Shown here: positions 10,943 through 19,554 of the stretch, piece after piece
Layout of the letters: the number at the start of each line of letters is the position of its first letter
Position numbering within the stretch: the stretch's first letter is position 1
Source: Aliivibrio fischeri ES114
GTDB lineage: Bacteria > Pseudomonadota > Gammaproteobacteria > Enterobacterales > Vibrionaceae
NCBI RefSeq assembly: GCF_000011805.1
Contig: NC_006840.2
Strand: one strand, 5' to 3'
Length of the DNA stretch: 32,000 nucleotides
Translations under genes and position numbers: made by a program
Notes under the pieces: generated by a model
What the model was told of the DNA's origin: nothing
The model's input: the letters and a program-made list of their open reading frames with translations, nothing else
Databases searched by the model: none

Positions 10943-12127
10943 ATGAGTAAGTCATTAATAAATAAGAAAGTAGCCGTTTTCACAGGAACAAGAGCAGAGT
11001 ATGGTCTGCTTTTTTGGCTTCTAAAAGACATTCAAAATGATCCAGAACTTCAGTTGCAACTGTTGGTATCAGGCATGCATTTATCACCAGAGTTTGGTGA
11101 AACTTATCAGCAAATAGAAGCGGATGGGTTTGTGATTAATGAAAAGATAGAGATCCTTCTTTCATCTGATTCTTCAGTAGGTACAGCCAAAAGTATGGGG
11201 CTTGGTGTATTAGGTTTTGCCGATTCGCTTGCACGCTTACAGCCGGATGTATTAGTTATTTTAGGTGATCGCTTTGAGGCGTTAGCCGCAGCACAAACAG
11301 CAATGATTATGCGTATACCTATTGTCCATTTACACGGCGGAGAGATCACAGAAGGCGCTTATGATGATGCTATTCGTCATGCAATAACTAAACTGAGTTA
11401 CTTGCACGGAACATCAACAGAAGAATATCGCCAACGTGTGATACAGCTAGGTGAAGATCCAAATCGAGTTCAAAATGTTGGGGCAATAGGGTTAGATCAC
11501 TTAAAACGAGCAACATTTATGACGGTACCTGAGTTATCAGAATCATTGGGTTTTACTCTTGATAAGCCTTTCTTTTTAGTGACCTATCATCCAGTAACCT
11601 TAGGTAATGAAGTACCAGAGGAGAGTTTCCAAGCTTTGTTAAATGCGTTAGATGAATACCCTGATCATCAAGTAATTCTAACATACCCAAATGCTGATGA
11701 CGGTGGGCGACGTATCATTCCAATTCTTGAAGAATATGCTCGTAATAATTCAGCGCGAGTATTAGCAATCCCTTCTTTAGGTCAGGTTCGTTATCTTAGC
11801 TCTGTTATGCATGCGACTGCAGTTATTGGAAATTCATCAAGTGGAATTATTGAAGTGCCAGCCTTTGATGTTCCAACGGTTAATATTGGTTCAAGACAAA
11901 AAGGGCGCTTAGCCGCGAAGAGTGTACTTAATGTTGAACCTAATCAACAATCGATCTCAAACGGCATACAAACGGCTATATTGCGAACTTATAAGTTGAT
12001 TGATGAGAAGGTTCATAATCCATATGGTCAAGGAGATACTAGCGGCCAAGTGATTGAAATGATTAAATCATTACAATTCACACCAAGTAAAGCGTTTTAC
12101 GATATAACTTTTAACTATGTAGAGTGA
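10943..12127 (+). CDS. legG: Hydrolysing UDP-sugar 2-epimerase, NeuC/LegG-like
   Basis: 394 aa; VAVFTGTRAEYGLLFWLLKDI, VLGDRFEALAAA, HLHGGEITEGAYDDAIRHAITKLSYLH, VIGNSSSGIIEVPAF. Confidence 0.9.
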   Translation: MSKSLINKKVAVFTGTRAEYGLLFWLLKDIQNDPELQLQLLVSGMHLSPEFGETYQQIEADGFVINEKIEILLSSDSSVGTAKSMGLGVLGFADSLARLQPDVLVILGDRFEALAAAQTAMIMRIPIVHLHGGEITEGAYDDAIRHAITKLSYLHGTSTEEYRQRVIQLGEDPNRVQNVGAIGLDHLKRATFMTVPELSESLGFTLDKPFFLVTYHPVTLGNEVPEESFQALLNALDEYPDHQVILTYPNADDGGRRIIPILEEYARNNSARVLAIPSLGQVRYLSSVMHATAVIGNSSSGIIEVPAFDVPTVNIGSRQKGRLAAKSVLNVEPNQQSISNGIQTAILRTYKLIDEKVHNPYGQGDTSGQVIEMIKSLQFTPSKAFYDITFNYVE

Positions 12128-12134
12128 GATAGTC

Positions 12135-13208
12135 ATGACCTTAATTATTGCAGAAGCTGGCGTTAACCATAATGGTGATGAACACCTTGCCTTTCAACTC
12201 GTTGATGCGGCTTATCACGCAGGCGCAGACATTGTTAAATTTCAAACTTTTAAAGCCAAAAATTTAGTAACGGAAGATGCGGCTCAAGCGGAATATCAAG
12301 TTACTAATACTCAAAAGCAGGAATCACAATTAGCGATGTTAAGCCGATTAGAGCTTTCTTATGAGGTTCACCACCAGTTAGTTAAGCATTGTGAATCATT
12401 AGGGATTGAGTTTCTATCTACAGCTTTTGATTCTGAAAGCTTAGATTTTTTAGTGAATGATTTAGGATTAACGCGCTTAAAAATTCCATCAGGCGAAATC
12501 ACCAATGCGCCATTAGTGTTAGAGCATGCTCGTACAGGGTGTGACTTAATTGTTTCTACAGGTATGGCTACTTTGTCAGAAATTGAAGCGGTATTAGGTG
12601 TTATCGCTTTTGGCTATGTAGCAGATAAAACAGCAGAGCCAAGTGAGTTAGCTTTTCAGCAAGCTTATGCTTCAGAGCAAGGTCAAAAGGCACTAAAACA
12701 GAAAGTAACGATATTACATTGCACAACGGAATATCCAGCGCCAATGCCTGAGATTAATCTTAAAGCAATGGATACCTTGGGGCGTGCATTTGAGCTACCT
12801 GCAGGGTATTCAGATCATAGTGAGGGAATAACGATCCCAATTGCTGCTGTTGCTCGTGGTGCGGTGTTAGTTGAAAAACATTTTACATTAGATAAAAACA
12901 TGGAAGGCCCTGACCATAAAGCATCTTTAGAGCCTCAAGAATTAATGGCTATGATCACTGCAATACGTCAAGTTGAAGTTGCTTTAGGTGTTGGGGTGAA
13001 AAGTCCAACTGTATCAGAAGTAAAAAACAAAGCCGTTGCACGTAAAAGTTTAGTCGTGGCGAAGGCTATTCAACAAGGTGAAATTATTACAGAAGATAAC
13101 CTTACAATTAAGCGCCCAGGGTCAGGTATGTCTCCATACCATTACTGGAGCTTATTGAATAAACCTGCTAGCAAAGCATATCAAGCAGGGGATTTGATTT
13201 TTGAATAG
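12135..13208 (+). CDS. legI: NulO synthase, NeuB/LegI-like, with C-terminal SAF/antifreeze-like domain
   Basis: 357 aa; IIAEAGVNHNGD, VDAAYHAGADIVKFQTFKA, TTEYPAPMPEINLKAMDTL, GYSDHSEGITIPIAAVARGAVLVEKHFTLDKNMEGPDHKASLEP; C-terminal ARKSLVVAKAIQQGEIITEDNLTIKRPG. Confidence 0.93.
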   Translation: MTLIIAEAGVNHNGDEHLAFQLVDAAYHAGADIVKFQTFKAKNLVTEDAAQAEYQVTNTQKQESQLAMLSRLELSYEVHHQLVKHCESLGIEFLSTAFDSESLDFLVNDLGLTRLKIPSGEITNAPLVLEHARTGCDLIVSTGMATLSEIEAVLGVIAFGYVADKTAEPSELAFQQAYASEQGQKALKQKVTILHCTTEYPAPMPEINLKAMDTLGRAFELPAGYSDHSEGITIPIAAVARGAVLVEKHFTLDKNMEGPDHKASLEPQELMAMITAIRQVEVALGVGVKSPTVSEVKNKAVARKSLVVAKAIQQGEIITEDNLTIKRPGSGMSPYHYWSLLNKPASKAYQAGDLIFE

Positions 13209-13845
13209 TTCTGAGTCAAAGTCTTTGGTTGTGATTGGTGGAGGGGGGCACGCAAGTGTATTAGTCGATATCCTTCGTTCACAACAGCGTGAAATTCTTG
13301 CTATTGTTAGTCCTGAAAATATTAGTCAGCGACGTATTTTTTCCGGCATAACGCATCTTAAAAATGATGATGATATACTTAGATTTTCACCTGATTCTGT
13401 AAATTTAGTTAATGGTGTAGGGATGCTCCCTAAATCAGGACTAAAGCGTAAATTGAATGAGTATTTCCTTTCTCTTGGATATACATTTGAAACCGTGATT
13501 TCTGATAGTGCTCAAGTATCCTCATTTGCTGAAATAGAGCAAGGCGCTCAGGTTTTTTCAGGGGCTATCATTCAAGCGGGTGTGGTGATTGATGCTCACA
13601 CTATTATTAATAGTGGTGTAATTATTGAGCATGATTGCCATATTGGTGAATATAACCATATCGCACCTAAAGCAACATTATGTGGTCAAGTAACAACTCA
13701 TAGTAATGTTTATGTTGGTGCAAACGCAACGGTAATCCAAAATATTACGCTTGAGCAAGGTTCAATTGTTGGTGCTGGTGCTATAGTGACTAAAAATATA
13801 TCTTCTGAACAAATCTGTTATCCAAGTCGTTCGGTATTGAAATAA
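13201..13845 (+). CDS. NeuD/PglD/LegH-like sugar O/N-acyltransferase (left-handed beta-helix)
   Basis: 214 aa; TTG start overlapping legI by 8 bp; VVIGGGGHASVLVDILRS and hexapeptide repeats (HECHIGEYNHIAPKATLCGQVTTHSNVYVGANATVIQN-type). Confidence 0.85.
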   Translation: MNSSESKSLVVIGGGGHASVLVDILRSQQREILAIVSPENISQRRIFSGITHLKNDDDILRFSPDSVNLVNGVGMLPKSGLKRKLNEYFLSLGYTFETVISDSAQVSSFAEIEQGAQVFSGAIIQAGVVIDAHTIINSGVIIEHDCHIGEYNHIAPKATLCGQVTTHSNVYVGANATVIQNITLEQGSIVGAGAIVTKNISSEQICYPSRSVLK

Positions 13846-13860
13846 GTAATAAGGTAAGCC

Positions 13861-14919
13861 ATGAGTTATTCTTGGAAAAAAATATTAATAAAGCCAGAGT
13901 CCACCGTTGTTGATGCGCTTAGAGTTATTGATAACGAAGCACTGCGAATTGCGTTAGTCGTTAATGATGAACAGCAACTTTTAGGGGTGGTAACAGACGG
14001 TGATATTCGTAGGGGGCTCTTAAATAACTTACCTTTAGAGACTCCTGTTGTAGACATTATGAGTCGTTCGCCTATTACAGCATCAGTGAATACCGCAAAA
14101 GAACAGCTTGTAAAGTTAATGGAAAGCAAAAGTATTCTTGCTGTTCCGTTAATGGAAGAAAACAAAGTGGTGGGTTTAGAAACACTGCATCATTTGTTCG
14201 AAGAAAAAACCTATCATAATCCTGTATTTATTATGGCTGGTGGTTTTGGTACGCGTTTACGCCCTCTGACAGATACTTGCCCTAAGCCAATGCTTAAAAT
14301 TGGTAATAAGCCAATTTTAGAAACCGTTATTCGCAGCTTTATCAAAGCAGGTTTTGTGAATTTTTACATCTCAACACACTACATGCCAGAACAAATTCAG
14401 AACCATTTTGGTGATGGTTCTGAGTTAGGAGTAAAGATCAGTTATGTTCATGAAGACTCTCCATTAGGCACGGGTGGTGCGCTTGGTTTACTTCCTGACG
14501 ATTTACCGCAAGATTTACCATTAATCATGATGAATGGTGATGTTCTAACTAAGGTTGATTTCGAGCGATTATTAGATTTCCATACTGAAAACCAAGCGGA
14601 TGCAACTATGTGTGTTCGCGAGTACGATTATCAGATCCCTTATGGAGTGATTAATGGTAAAGGCAACAAAATAACCAGTATGGTAGAGAAACCAATCCAA
14701 CGTTTCTTTGTTAATGCAGGTATTTATGTTGTTTCTCCAAGTGTGATTCAATCGGTTCCTAAAAATCATCATATCGATATGCCGACATTGTTAGAGCAGC
14801 ACATGAATGAGCGAGATAATATTCTTATGTTCCCTATTCATGAGTATTGGTTAGATATCGGTCGTATGGATGATTTTAATCGTGCACAAGCGGATATTCA
14901 TACATTGGGGTTGGATTAA
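13861..14919 (+). CDS. ptmE: CBS-domain nucleotidyltransferase, PtmE-like (GDP-aminosugar precursor branch of legionaminic acid synthesis)
   Basis: 352 aa; two N-terminal CBS-like segments (LLGVVTDGDIRRGLL) fused to a nucleotidyltransferase domain (IMAGGFGTRLRPLTDTCPKPMLKIGNKPILE). Confidence 0.8.
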   Translation: MSYSWKKILIKPESTVVDALRVIDNEALRIALVVNDEQQLLGVVTDGDIRRGLLNNLPLETPVVDIMSRSPITASVNTAKEQLVKLMESKSILAVPLMEENKVVGLETLHHLFEEKTYHNPVFIMAGGFGTRLRPLTDTCPKPMLKIGNKPILETVIRSFIKAGFVNFYISTHYMPEQIQNHFGDGSELGVKISYVHEDSPLGTGGALGLLPDDLPQDLPLIMMNGDVLTKVDFERLLDFHTENQADATMCVREYDYQIPYGVINGKGNKITSMVEKPIQRFFVNAGIYVVSPSVIQSVPKNHHIDMPTLLEQHMNERDNILMFPIHEYWLDIGRMDDFNRAQADIHTLGLD

Positions 14920-14924
14920 TTATT

Positions 14925-15905
14925 ATGCATAATAGCATCATGAATAAAGTTGCCGTTATTGGATTAGGAAATATAGCAACTCGTCATCGTCGTAATTTGA
15001 AGAGCTTATTTCCAAATGTTGAATTATTGGTGATGTCGGCAAGTGGACGCATACCGACAGAAGAAATTAGTGATAGCGATGGTATTGTAACTAGTATTGA
15101 GGCTTTAATTGAAGCCAATGTTGAGTTAGTCATTGTTGCATCACCTGCGCCTTTTCATGCTCAGCATTCAATTCCTCTGATTGAGGCGGGTATTCCTACC
15201 TTAATTGAAAAGCCAGTAACGACTACTCGTGAAGATGCTAATGCAATAAAAAAAGCGCTAAATGAACATGGGACGCCTGTGGCTATCGGTTATTGTTTAC
15301 GTTATCTTCCTTCGGCTCAAAAACTGAAAATATTATTAGATCATAAGGCAATTGGTACTTTATATAATGCGCATATCGAGATAGGGCAATACCTTCCTGA
15401 TTGGCGTCCAAGTAAAAATTATCGAGAGTGTGTTTCTGCAAATGAAAAGCTCGGTGGTGGTGCTTTATTCGAGCTTAGTCATGAACTCGATTATGCTCAA
15501 TGGCTGTTAGGCCCATTAGCTCTTCAACATGCTATTTTACGTTCATCTGATGAATTAGATCTTCAGGTCGAAGATATGGCAGATATTTTAACGTTAACAG
15601 AGTCAGGTGCTGTAGCTAGTATTCATCTTGATTTTCTACAGCGTAAAGCTCATCGTCAGTGTAGCTTTATTGGTAGTGAAGGGCGCATTGATTGGGATCT
15701 TATTCAGAATCAACTAACTCTTACAACAGCAGCAGAAGCAAAGGTTATTTATAGTGAGCCTGAGTGGGACAAAAACCAAATGTATCTGGCAATGGTGACT
15801 GATTTCATTCAAATGATTAAGCAACAACCTCATAATTGTATTGCAGTGACTGACGCTTCATTTACCGTCGATTTGATTAGTCAAATTAAACAGAAAGCTT
15901 ATTAA
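14925..15905 (+). CDS. Gfo/Idh/MocA-family NAD(P)-dependent oxidoreductase
   Basis: 326 aa; KVAVIGLGNIATRHRRNLKSLFP, LVIVASPAPFHAQHSIPLIEAGIPTLIEKPVTT, GGGALFELSHELDYAQWLLG. Alternative Met at 14940. Confidence 0.85.
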   Translation: MHNSIMNKVAVIGLGNIATRHRRNLKSLFPNVELLVMSASGRIPTEEISDSDGIVTSIEALIEANVELVIVASPAPFHAQHSIPLIEAGIPTLIEKPVTTTREDANAIKKALNEHGTPVAIGYCLRYLPSAQKLKILLDHKAIGTLYNAHIEIGQYLPDWRPSKNYRECVSANEKLGGGALFELSHELDYAQWLLGPLALQHAILRSSDELDLQVEDMADILTLTESGAVASIHLDFLQRKAHRQCSFIGSEGRIDWDLIQNQLTLTTAAEAKVIYSEPEWDKNQMYLAMVTDFIQMIKQQPHNCIAVTDASFTVDLISQIKQKAY

Positions 15906-15920
15906 TAGTAGAGACATTAA

Positions 15921-16610
15921 ATGAAAAACTTTGCATTCATTTTTGCTCGTGGAGGCTCTAAAGGTCTACCAGGGAAAAATATTAAGCCGTTAGCAGGAAA
16001 GCCGTTATTACAATACTCTGTCGATACGGCTATTGCCTCTCCATCAATTGATAAGGTATTTGTCTCAACGGATGATAGCGATATAGCAAAGGTAGCGGTT
16101 GAATCTGGCGCTATTTTAATTGAAAGACCTGCTGAACTAGCTACAGATATAAGTCCTGAGTGGTTGTCTTGGCGGCACGCCATTGAATGGGCTGAAGAAT
16201 ATCACGGCCAATTTGATGGCTTTGTGAGTTTGCCTGCGACAAGCCCTTTACGTGGTGTTGAAGATGTAGAAGCTGCAATAGAAAAACGCAGCAAAGTAGG
16301 CGCTGATATTTGTATTTCAATAACTCCAGCGAGTCGTAGCCCTTTCTTTAATATGGTAAAAGAGACTCAAGATGGTTTGGTTGAGTTAGTAAACAAACCT
16401 GAGTCAAATGTCACTCGTCGCCAAGATGCTCCTGAAGTATTTGATATCACAACGGTTGTATATGTAACAACTCCTGATTTCGTATTAAATAATTATGGAT
16501 TGTTCACAGGGAAAGTCACAAGTATTGAAGTCCCGAAAGTACGAGCAGTAGACATTGACGATATTTATGATTTTAGAATGGCTGAAGCTATTTTACAGGA
16601 TGCAAAATAA
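15921..16610 (+). CDS. legF: CMP-NulO synthetase (NeuA/LegF/PtmB-like)
   Basis: 229 aa; FIFARGGSKGLPGKNIKPLAGKPLLQYSVDTA, LPATSPLRGVEDVEAAI, PQDAPEVFDIT-type segment. Confidence 0.92.
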   Translation: MKNFAFIFARGGSKGLPGKNIKPLAGKPLLQYSVDTAIASPSIDKVFVSTDDSDIAKVAVESGAILIERPAELATDISPEWLSWRHAIEWAEEYHGQFDGFVSLPATSPLRGVEDVEAAIEKRSKVGADICISITPASRSPFFNMVKETQDGLVELVNKPESNVTRRQDAPEVFDITTVVYVTTPDFVLNNYGLFTGKVTSIEVPKVRAVDIDDIYDFRMAEAILQDAK

Positions 16611-17380
16611 TGGAAAAACAATTAGAAAATAAAACCATTTTAATCGCTGGCGCAGGTGGTTTATTAGGAACACGTTTGGTGCCAGCAGTCCTTGCTCAAG
16701 GTGGGAAGGTTATTGCTGCAGATATTAATATAGAGGCAATGACAGAACGTTTAGCGTCCCTGGGTGTTGATATTGAAAATAAAAACCTAACACTAACCAC
16801 ATTAGATGTGACAAATGAAGAGAGTGTTAGCCAGTTATTTAGCAATTATACAAGTATTGATGGGGCAGTAAACTCAACTTATCCACGTAATAAAACCTAC
16901 GGTTCACACTTCTTTGATGTTTCATTAGAGAGCTTTAATGAAAATCTATCATTGCATTTAGGTAGTGCATTTTTATTTACTCAGCAATGTGCGAGTTATT
17001 TTAAAAAGCATGAAACGGCTCTTTCTTTAGTTAATATTTCATCTATCTATGGCGTAGTTGCTCCTAAATTTGAGATTTATGACAAAACTCCAATGACAAT
17101 GCCTGTTGAATATGCAGCAATTAAATCGGCTATTCAACATTTAAATAAGTATACGGTTGCTTACGTGAATGATAGCCGTTTTCGAATTAATTGTGTGAGT
17201 CCAGGTGGGATTTTTGATCATCAACCTGAAGCATTTCTAGAGGCGTATAAGACAAAAACACATGGAGCAGGCATGCTTGATGTTAAGGAGGTTGTCGGAT
17301 CTGTTTTATTTTTATTATCAGAGCAATCACGTTATGTTACTGGGCAGAATATTATTGTTGATGATGGATTTAGTTTGTAA
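16610..17380 (+). CDS. Short-chain dehydrogenase/reductase, PtmA-like
   Basis: 256 aa; KTILIAGAGGLLGTRLVPAVLAQGGKVIAADIN, SSIYGVVAP...YAAIKSAIQHLNKYTVAYV, INCVSPGGIF. The ATG overlaps the legF stop codon. Confidence 0.82.
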   Translation: MEKQLENKTILIAGAGGLLGTRLVPAVLAQGGKVIAADINIEAMTERLASLGVDIENKNLTLTTLDVTNEESVSQLFSNYTSIDGAVNSTYPRNKTYGSHFFDVSLESFNENLSLHLGSAFLFTQQCASYFKKHETALSLVNISSIYGVVAPKFEIYDKTPMTMPVEYAAIKSAIQHLNKYTVAYVNDSRFRINCVSPGGIFDHQPEAFLEAYKTKTHGAGMLDVKEVVGSVLFLLSEQSRYVTGQNIIVDDGFSL

Positions 17381-17388
17381 GGCATACA

Positions 17389-18558
17389 ATGAAAATTGCG
17401 TTAGTAATGGTTCATGGACGTGTTCATGGGCATGTAGGTGGTGCGCCTAGAGTTTTCTTTGATATGGCAAATCACTTGTCTTTTGAAGGACATGAAGTTT
17501 TGGCTGTTTATAATGATAGTAAGGAAGGCAGCCCATATTATGAAGTAACTAATAAGGTTAATCTTAAAAATTTAGCGCTACCAATTAAATTTAAAGGTCT
17601 TTGGTTATATAAGGCTTTCCGTGAAGTAATAAGAAGTTTTGCAAAGCTATTTAATACTGATTTACGCTTGAATCCTGTAACAAAAAAAAATCAGAAAAGA
17701 GTTGGTTTAGCACTGAAATCTTTAATTGATGATTTTAAACCTGATGTCACTATCTCATATAATGTTTCGGATCTTGTATCTTTGTCTTATATTGAATGGA
17801 AAGCTAGAAATTCAATTGTAATGTGTCATACAGATCCTAAAAGAGTGTATAAAGGGCTAGCTAATTATGAACGATCTATATGGCAAGGTGCTGATTTTAT
17901 ACAGGTATTACTAGCAAGTTATAAAGATTATCTTTCGAAAGTTATTAATACTAATATTGAAGTTATTGGCAATGTAGTTATTGAGCACGATGAAGTTAAT
18001 GACTTATCAGCTTTTCGTATTATTTATTTAGCTAGAATTGAAAAAAATAAACAACAGCATTTGCTTATTGAAGCTATTAATAAAATTCCCTTAAATGTAA
18101 GATTAGGTTGGCAGGTTGTTCTTTATGGTAGCTGTAATGATACTGAATATAGTGAATTTTTGATAAATAAAATAAATAGCTATAATTTAAGTGATGTTAT
18201 TAAGTTAAAGGGTCCGACAGGTAAGCCATTTGAAGAACTTCTTAATTCGTCTATATGTGCTTTCCCATCCGCTTTTGAGGGCTTTCCTTTAGCGTTAACT
18301 GAAGCTATGTCTCTAGGTCTTCCATGTATTGGTTTTCAGTCATGTAGTGGTGTAAATGAATTACTTATCAATAATTATAACGGTTTTTTGGTAAAAGGTG
18401 TTGAGGAGTTTGCACTTCAGTTAGAAGTATTAATGAAATCAAAGGAACGTAGGTCTTTAATGGGTTCAAAAGCAAGAGATAGTATTGAATGTTATTCAAA
18501 AGAATCTATTTATAAAAAATGGAAAGCGTTAATTGAAAATAAAAATGTCATTGTTTAG
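17389..18558 (+). CDS. Glycosyltransferase family 4
   Basis: 389 aa; HVGGAPRVFFDMANHLSFEGHEVLAVY, YLARIEKNKQQHLLIEA, CAFPSAFEGFPLALTEAMSLGLPCIG. Confidence 0.85.
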   Translation: MKIALVMVHGRVHGHVGGAPRVFFDMANHLSFEGHEVLAVYNDSKEGSPYYEVTNKVNLKNLALPIKFKGLWLYKAFREVIRSFAKLFNTDLRLNPVTKKNQKRVGLALKSLIDDFKPDVTISYNVSDLVSLSYIEWKARNSIVMCHTDPKRVYKGLANYERSIWQGADFIQVLLASYKDYLSKVINTNIEVIGNVVIEHDEVNDLSAFRIIYLARIEKNKQQHLLIEAINKIPLNVRLGWQVVLYGSCNDTEYSEFLINKINSYNLSDVIKLKGPTGKPFEELLNSSICAFPSAFEGFPLALTEAMSLGLPCIGFQSCSGVNELLINNYNGFLVKGVEEFALQLEVLMKSKERRSLMGSKARDSIECYSKESIYKKWKALIENKNVIV

Positions 18559-18571
18559 CAATGACATTTTT
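18541..18571. terminator. Bidirectional intrinsic terminator overlapping the GT4 stop codon
   Basis: Perfect 13-bp stem AAAAATGTCATTG / CAATGACATTTTT (18541-18553 / 18559-18571) with 5-nt loop TTTAG, between convergent genes. Confidence 0.85.
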
Positions 18572-18573
18572 AG

Positions 18574-19551
18574 TTATTTGATTTTATCAAAATATTCATT
18601 TAAATAAAGTTGAATTCTTTTATCTCTTTCTCCTTTCGAAATGGATTGTTGATCAACTAATTTAATTTTTGAATTTGGATATATTTTTGATAATGTATAA
18701 AGAGCGGTAGATGACAATCCTGTAATAGTTAATGGTGTAATGTTATTTTCAACTAATTCAACTTCAATTGGATAATTTGGTTGATGGAATATTACACCAT
18801 TTATTTTTTTTATGGATTCAGTTACATGAGTCGCTTCTGTTCGATGAGGAATGTAAATTAGGTATGATTTTGATTCAGATAATACACTTTTAATTAATGT
18901 AATATATTCTTTTAATGAAATTCTATTTTTTTCATCCACGCTTCCTTGACCGATAAACACATCATATTCAAATTGTGATGTATTATTTAATCGGTTAATA
19001 CGCTTTTTTAATACGTTCAATTTATTTTCAGTATAAGTAATTACACAATTTTTAAATTCAAAAATAGAAAATATTTCTGTATTATCAAAAAAATCAAGTT
19101 TACTAATAGGGGTTATTCCTTGAAGTCGAAGTTGAATATCTTGAAGGAACCGAGGTCGGTAAAATGAAGCTTTAGGTTCAATATAATCATAGTAATCAAA
19201 ATAAGTCATGGTACCATCATCAAAGAACACATGTTTTTGAAAATCTAAATTTTTAATTATTAACTTAGAACGCCATGCGTTATATTCACTATAAAATAAA
19301 GTATCTAATTTATTAGATGAAATTTGTTTTATTTTCTTTATTATTTTTGGGGTTATAAACGTTCTGTTTGAACGAGGGAAAGTAAAAATATAATCCCAGT
19401 CTTCGTTTTTTATTAATGAAGACATTTGTTTCTTACCTATATGACTATTTTGTTCAATTAATATTAGAATATTATTCTTAGACTTGTAGTGGAATTTTGC
19501 TTCGATTGCACAGATATATTGAAATGGAGAAGTAACTAGAAATACATTCAT
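18574..19551 (-). CDS. Putative glycosyltransferase of the bacterial sialyltransferase superfamily type (candidate NulO transferase)
   Basis: 325 aa; N-terminal MNVFLVTSPFQYICAIEAKF; HVFFDDGTMTYF (D-D-G), YLIYIPHRTE (H-containing motif), ITGLSSTALYTLSKIYP (SS motif). Motif order matches that described for GT52/GT38/GT80-type enzymes. Confidence 0.6.
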   Translation of the reverse strand: MNVFLVTSPFQYICAIEAKFHYKSKNNILILIEQNSHIGKKQMSSLIKNEDWDYIFTFPRSNRTFITPKIIKKIKQISSNKLDTLFYSEYNAWRSKLIIKNLDFQKHVFFDDGTMTYFDYYDYIEPKASFYRPRFLQDIQLRLQGITPISKLDFFDNTEIFSIFEFKNCVITYTENKLNVLKKRINRLNNTSQFEYDVFIGQGSVDEKNRISLKEYITLIKSVLSESKSYLIYIPHRTEATHVTESIKKINGVIFHQPNYPIEVELVENNITPLTITGLSSTALYTLSKIYPNSKIKLVDQQSISKGERDKRIQLYLNEYFDKIK

Positions 19552-19554
19552 ATG

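Noticed and set aside
11107-11349. ORF 11107-11349 (-), and likewise 13866-14165, 14572-14772 and 15917-16183 (-).
   Set aside because: Antisense shadows of NulO-cassette genes with no recognisable domains.
17262-17450. ORF 17262-17450 (+) bridging the PtmA-like and GT4 genes.
   Set aside because: Out-of-frame overlap with two well supported CDSs.
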